Shown: piece after piece, positions 59,916 to 64,000 of the stretch
Numbering within the stretch: the first letter of the stretch is position 1
Layout: each line of letters starts with the position of its first letter
Source of the DNA: Burkholderiales bacterium
GTDB taxonomy: Bacteria > Pseudomonadota > Gammaproteobacteria > Burkholderiales > SG8-41
Length of the DNA stretch: 64,000 bases
NCBI GenBank assembly: GCA_038316355.1
Contig: JBBQAO010000006.1
Span: forward strand, 15,957-79,956
Direction of reading: 5' to 3'
Notes under the pieces: model-generated
Database searches by the model: none
Seen by the model: the letters and a program-made list of their open reading frames with translations, nothing else
Told to the model about the DNA's origin: nothing
Program-made: the position numbers and the translations under genes

Positions 59916-60900
59916 CGGATTGACCAAAAGCGCCATCCTGCTGATGGCCATCGGGGAAAACGAGGCTGCCGAGGTGTTCAAACATCTCGGTCCGCGCGAG
60001 GTGCAGAAAATCGGCACCGCGATGGCGGCGCTGAAATCCGTCACCCGCGAGGAAATCACCGGGATCATCGGTGAATTCCGTGATCAGGCCGGGGAACAGT
60101 CGTCACTGACCATGGGATCGGGCGACTACATCCGCAAAGTACTGAGAAAAGCACTTGGCGACGACCGCTCTGCATCGGTCATCGACCGGATTCTCCAATC
60201 CGGCGACATCAGTGGCATAGACGGCCTCAAATGGATGAGTGCGAACGCGGTAGCTGAGTTGATCAGGAATGAACACCCCCAGATCATTGCCACCATACTG
60301 GCGCATCTGGAGCGCGATCAGGCGTCGGAAATACTGTGCCAGTTCACGGATCGCACGCGAAACGACGTGCTGCTGCGTATCGCGACGATGGACGGTATAC
60401 AGCCCGCAGCCCTGCAGGAACTCAATGAAGTCCTGACCAAACTGCTGGCAGGAGGCGCCAGTGTCAAAAATGCCCCGATGGGCGGGATCCGCGCAGCCGC
60501 CGAGATCCTCAATTTCATGCCAGGGCCGCAGGAAACATCGGTAATCGACGGCGTCAAGGAATTCGATTCCGAACTCGCCCGGAAAATCGTCGACGAAATG
60601 TTCATCTGGGAGAACCTGCTCGAACTCGAAGACCGCGGGATACAACTGCTGCTGAAGGAAGTGGAATCGGAGGCGCTGATCCTCGCGCTCAAAGGCTCAT
60701 CAGAGGCATTGCGCGAAAAAATATTCGGCAACATGTCGCAGCGCGCCGGCGAGATGTTGCGCGAGGATCTCGAGGCAAAAGGCATGGTGCGTGTATCCGA
60801 AGTCGAGGCAAAACAGAAGGAAATCATCACCATAGTCCGCCGGCTTGCCGAAGAAGGACAGATCACCGTGGGCGGTGGTGCGGAAGGCGGATATGTCTAG
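59905..60900 (+). CDS. fliG: Flagellar motor switch protein FliG
   Basis: The 331-aa protein has typical FliG segments (KSAILLMAIGE, HPQIIATILAHL, MFIWENLLELEDRGIQ). The gene overlaps the fliF stop. Confidence 0.95.
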   Translation: MENDGLTKSAILLMAIGENEAAEVFKHLGPREVQKIGTAMAALKSVTREEITGIIGEFRDQAGEQSSLTMGSGDYIRKVLRKALGDDRSASVIDRILQSGDISGIDGLKWMSANAVAELIRNEHPQIIATILAHLERDQASEILCQFTDRTRNDVLLRIATMDGIQPAALQELNEVLTKLLAGGASVKNAPMGGIRAAAEILNFMPGPQETSVIDGVKEFDSELARKIVDEMFIWENLLELEDRGIQLLLKEVESEALILALKGSSEALREKIFGNMSQRAGEMLREDLEAKGMVRVSEVEAKQKEIITIVRRLAEEGQITVGGGAEGGYV

Positions 60901-61522
60901 CAGCCCCTTGATCCCCAGGGAAAAACTTTCGGCCTATCAGCGCTGGGAGCTGCACTCTTTTGACCTTCCGGGTGGATTTGATCAAGCCGAGAGCCCGTCG
61001 GCTCCCGCCGCACGTGCAAACGACGCGACAGAGGCTCTACGGCGTGCCGCGTACGACGCCGGCCACGCCGATGGCCAGCGCGAAGTCAAGGCCAAGGCTG
61101 CCGCTGAAGCCGGGCAATTTCAGGAACTGCTGGCCAGCGCCGCGCAGCAAAACCGCTCAATTGGCGAACATCTCGCTGAAGAACTGCTCGGACTTAGCCT
61201 TGCAATCGCCCGGCAGATGGTCCGCCAGACCTTGACCGTGCGCCCCGAAGTCATTCTGCCGCTGATCAAGAATGCGCTCGCGGAAATTTCCACCGCATCC
61301 GCGCACCCCACTCTCACCCTGCATCCGGCCGATGCCGCACTGGTTCGCGCGCAGCTCCCCGACTCGCTGGCTGAGGGCAACTGGCAGATTGTCGAAGATG
61401 CCGCAATCGCGCGCGGTGGCTGCCTGGTGCACACCGCAGCCAGCCATGTCGATGCCACGGTTCAGGGCCGCTGGCAGCACCTGCTGAACCAGCTGGGGAT
61501 GAACGGCTCGTGGCTGGACTGA
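60893..61522 (+). CDS. fliH: Flagellar assembly protein FliH
   Basis: The call rests on position between fliG and fliI, an Ala/Glu-rich helical centre and a C-terminal GGCLVHTAASHVDATVQGRW segment. The ATG at 60893 overlaps the fliG stop. Confidence 0.8.
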   Translation: MSSSPLIPREKLSAYQRWELHSFDLPGGFDQAESPSAPAARANDATEALRRAAYDAGHADGQREVKAKAAAEAGQFQELLASAAQQNRSIGEHLAEELLGLSLAIARQMVRQTLTVRPEVILPLIKNALAEISTASAHPTLTLHPADAALVRAQLPDSLAEGNWQIVEDAAIARGGCLVHTAASHVDATVQGRWQHLLNQLGMNGSWLD

Positions 61523-61613
61523 AACAGCGCGCAGCACATCCGTCACTGGCACTGCCTCACGCGCATGTACATGCCCGTCAACCTGAAAAATTATTCGAAA
61601 TTAATTACTTAAA

Positions 61614-63008
61614 ATGACACCCGGGCCTTTCCTCAAAGACTGCGTCGATCTGGTTGCAACCACGCGCACCTTGCGCGTTTCCGGGAAACTGACGCGGGTC
61701 GCCGGAATGGTGCTGGAGGCATCGGGTCTGCGCCTCGCCGTCGGCAGTTGCTGCGAGGTGCTGTTGCCGCACCGCGCGAGTGTCGAGGCCGAAGTCGTCG
61801 GCTTCTCGGAAAACCGCCTGTTCCTGATGCCCGTCAACGATGTGGAGGGACTGATGCCGGGCGCGCTGGTGCGCTCGCTGGAAGCAAAGCCGCTGCGCCC
61901 CTCACTGGATGCGCCGCCGCGCCCGCGCCGCCGTGCTGCGGATCAGGCAAAACAGGTGCCCGTTGGCGCGGCACTGCTAGGGCGTGTGCTCGACAGCAAT
62001 GGCACCCCCCTCGACCAGCTCGGCCCCTTGCACAACGAGCGCTATGTCTCGCTGCATAACCGGCCGCTGAATCCTCTGGAACGCGCGCCAATCACCGAAA
62101 TCCTTGACGTCGGTGTACGCGCAATCAACAGCCTGCTGACCATCGGACGCGGCCAGCGCATGGGGCTCTTCGCGGGCAGCGGCATCGGCAAAAGCATGCT
62201 CCTCGGCATGATGGCGCGTTATACCAGCGCCGACGTGATCGTGGTTGGACTGATCGGCGAACGCGGACGCGAAGTCAAGGAATTCATCGAAAACATACTT
62301 GGCGCAGCGGGATTGGCGCGCTCCGTCGTAGTTGCGGCACCGGCCGACACCAGCCCGTTGATGCGCCTGCAGGGCGCGGCCTACGCGACCGCCGTTGCAG
62401 AGCATTTTCGCGATGAGGGCCGCCACGTGCTGCTGATCATGGACTCGCTGACGCGTTTTGCGATGGCGCAGCGCGAGATCGCCCTCGCTATCGGCGAACC
62501 GCCGGTGACCCGCGGTTATCCGCCATCGGTGTTTGCCAAGCTGCCGCAACTGGTCGAACGGGCCGGCAACGCCGGCCAGGGCGGCGGTTCGATTACAGCC
62601 CTCTACACGGTACTTGCCGAGGGCGACGACCAGCAGGACCCGATCGCCGACAGCGCCAGGGCGATCCTCGACGGCCACATCGTGCTGTCGAGGACACTCG
62701 CCGACCAGGGCCACTATCCCGCGATAGACATCGAGGCTTCGATCAGCCGCGCCCTTACCAGCCTGGTCGATGTCAGGCAATTTGAGCGGGTGCGCCAGTT
62801 CAAAAGCCTCTACGCCCGCTACCAGCGCAACCGTGACCTGGTCAGCGTCGGCGCCTACGCAGCCGGAAGTGATCCGGTGCTGGATCGCGCACTGTCTCTT
62901 TATCCGAAAATGGAAGCATTCCTGCAGCAGCATACCGATACCCGCGCCGCCTACCCGCAAAGCATTGCCGCACTCGACGGACTCCTCGGCGAGGCCGTCG
63001 CGACATGA
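61614..63008 (+). CDS. fliI: Flagellum-specific ATP synthase FliI
   Basis: Walker A GSGIGKS, Walker [10 protein letters not shown] and an F1-beta-like fold are present in this 464-aa protein. Confidence 0.95.
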   Translation: MTPGPFLKDCVDLVATTRTLRVSGKLTRVAGMVLEASGLRLAVGSCCEVLLPHRASVEAEVVGFSENRLFLMPVNDVEGLMPGALVRSLEAKPLRPSLDAPPRPRRRAADQAKQVPVGAALLGRVLDSNGTPLDQLGPLHNERYVSLHNRPLNPLERAPITEILDVGVRAINSLLTIGRGQRMGLFAGSGIGKSMLLGMMARYTSADVIVVGLIGERGREVKEFIENILGAAGLARSVVVAAPADTSPLMRLQGAAYATAVAEHFRDEGRHVLLIMDSLTRFAMAQREIALAIGEPPVTRGYPPSVFAKLPQLVERAGNAGQGGGSITALYTVLAEGDDQQDPIADSARAILDGHIVLSRTLADQGHYPAIDIEASISRALTSLVDVRQFERVRQFKSLYARYQRNRDLVSVGAYAAGSDPVLDRALSLYPKMEAFLQQHTDTRAAYPQSIAALDGLLGEAVAT

Positions 63009-63039
63009 TGATTCCATCCAGTCCAGCGGGCGCTGAACG

Positions 63040-63492
63040 ATGAATCGCGGATTCGTATTGCAGGGATTGCTCGAAATCGCCGATTCCGAAACGGGGTCGG
63101 CAGCGGTCAACCTGGGCAAACTTGTACATCAACTGCAGCAGCAGGAGGAGAAACTGGCCCTGCTGGTGCAATACCGGAGCGACTACCAGTCGCGCCTGTC
63201 AGGCGCCACAGACAGCGGTCTCGACAGCAGGAATTTCCGCAACTTCAGCGCATTCATGAAACAACTCGAACAGGCGATCCACCAGCAGCAGGCCGTCGTC
63301 TTTGAGGCCCGCAGGTGTGTCGCCGCCGGCCGTCAGCGCTGGCAGGAAAAGCAGAAAAAATCAAAAGCTTACGGCACGCTCGCACAACGGGCATCGACCG
63401 CCGCAGTGCGGGCCGAGAACGGACGTGAACAAAAGCTGCAGGACGACTTCGCCAGCCGCACATCAAAAAACAAAATCCTCGCCGATCATTGA
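63040..63492 (+). CDS. fliJ: Flagellar export protein FliJ
   Basis: The 150-aa coiled-coil protein lies directly after fliI (LLVQYRSDYQSRL). Confidence 0.8.
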   Translation: MNRGFVLQGLLEIADSETGSAAVNLGKLVHQLQQQEEKLALLVQYRSDYQSRLSGATDSGLDSRNFRNFSAFMKQLEQAIHQQQAVVFEARRCVAAGRQRWQEKQKKSKAYGTLAQRASTAAVRAENGREQKLQDDFASRTSKNKILADH

Positions 63493-63543
63493 CGGATCGG
63501 CCGCTACGGTCAACCCACACACCTCAACCTGAACGGGACACTC

Positions 63544-64000
63544 ATGGAGATTTCTACAATAAATACACCCAAGCTGCCTGTAACCTCGCCATCCGGAGAA
63601 ACCGAAGGTGAACCCGGCGCAGACGCCATCGACTCCATTGCGGCGGCCGATTTCCAGGAAATGTTGCAGGTGTTGATGCAGGGTGCCCCGAACGACGATA
63701 CGGCTGCGGTCGGTATCATTCCCCCAGACGCCAATGTGGCTGCAAGCCAGTCTGAAGAAGAACATGCCGCCACGAGTTCAGGCATGGGCGCTCTCCTGCC
63801 CGGCGCGGCGTTCCCGCCTGATCTCATTCCCGCTTCAGCTGCCACTGGCATGCACGTAATGGCGCCGTCTGTGAATTCAGCCATTGCGACTGACGGGATT
63901 TCGGTCACAGGCGCCCCCCCGGTCCCGGCTGCACCGATATCCGACGCACCTGCCGATCCGCGCTCGGCGCGAACCCTGAACGCCCAAAACGACGCCGGCA
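63544..64000 (+). CDS. fliK: Flagellar hook-length control protein FliK, N-terminal part (runs off the window)
   Basis: An open frame runs from the ATG at 63544 (MEISTINTPKLPV...) to the window edge. It is Pro/Ala-rich and low in complexity, as in FliK N-termini, and sits in the canonical position after fliJ. It is absent from the ORF track because no stop codon is reached. Confidence 0.6.
   Translation, partial: MEISTINTPKLPVTSPSGETEGEPGADAIDSIAAADFQEMLQVLMQGAPNDDTAAVGIIPPDANVAASQSEEEHAATSSGMGALLPGAAFPPDLIPASAATGMHVMAPSVNSAIATDGISVTGAPPVPAAPISDAPADPRSARTLNAQNDAG

Overview
The window looks like a contiguous chromosomal segment of a GC-rich proteobacterium. A betaproteobacterium is my inference, based on three orphan Bug/TctC binding proteins, the alaC-hom-thrC and surE-pcm-nlpD arrangements, and the flagellar gene order. 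I found no rRNA, tRNA, CRISPR array, transposase, integrase or phage gene.

- **1-38.8 kb (housekeeping and metabolism):** rhlE, a TauE-like exporter with a four-rhodanese protein, Bug binding proteins, a TfdA/TauD dioxygenase, clpB with a textbook sigma-32 promoter, nadC, thrC-hom-alaC, a 1532-aa multi-PAS sensor kinase, a MoxR-DUF58-transglutaminase operon, nlpD-pcm-surE, an RraA-like/CoA-transferase/acyl-CoA dehydrogenase trio, an acyltransferase and a nitrilase-superfamily hydrolase.
- **38.8-49 kb (signalling block):** a dense two-component and c-di-GMP block with three histidine kinases, REC-PAS-GGDEF-EAL, a NarL-type regulator and two GGEEF cyclases. It abuts a flagellar region running to the window end (fliC-flaG-fliD-fliS-fliT, a FliK-like protein, an FlhB C-terminal-only protein, ycgR, a REC-like/HDOD protein, fliE, fliFGHIJ and the start of fliK).

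I see no convincing new multi-gene system such as a defence island. The most interesting signals are regulatory:
1. A strong FliA (sigma-28)-type promoter sits in front of a diguanylate cyclase.
2. Four perfect-phase 15-bp tandem repeats lie directly upstream of a near-consensus sigma-54 promoter, in a 540-bp divergent region that also holds a second 14-bp tandem repeat.
3. A recurring AT-rich intergenic element of about 30 bp carries an exact IHF-consensus core and sits immediately after stop codons.
4. A 557-bp unassigned spacer contains an orphan hairpin.

All family names come from motif recognition by eye. No database search or computation was run.
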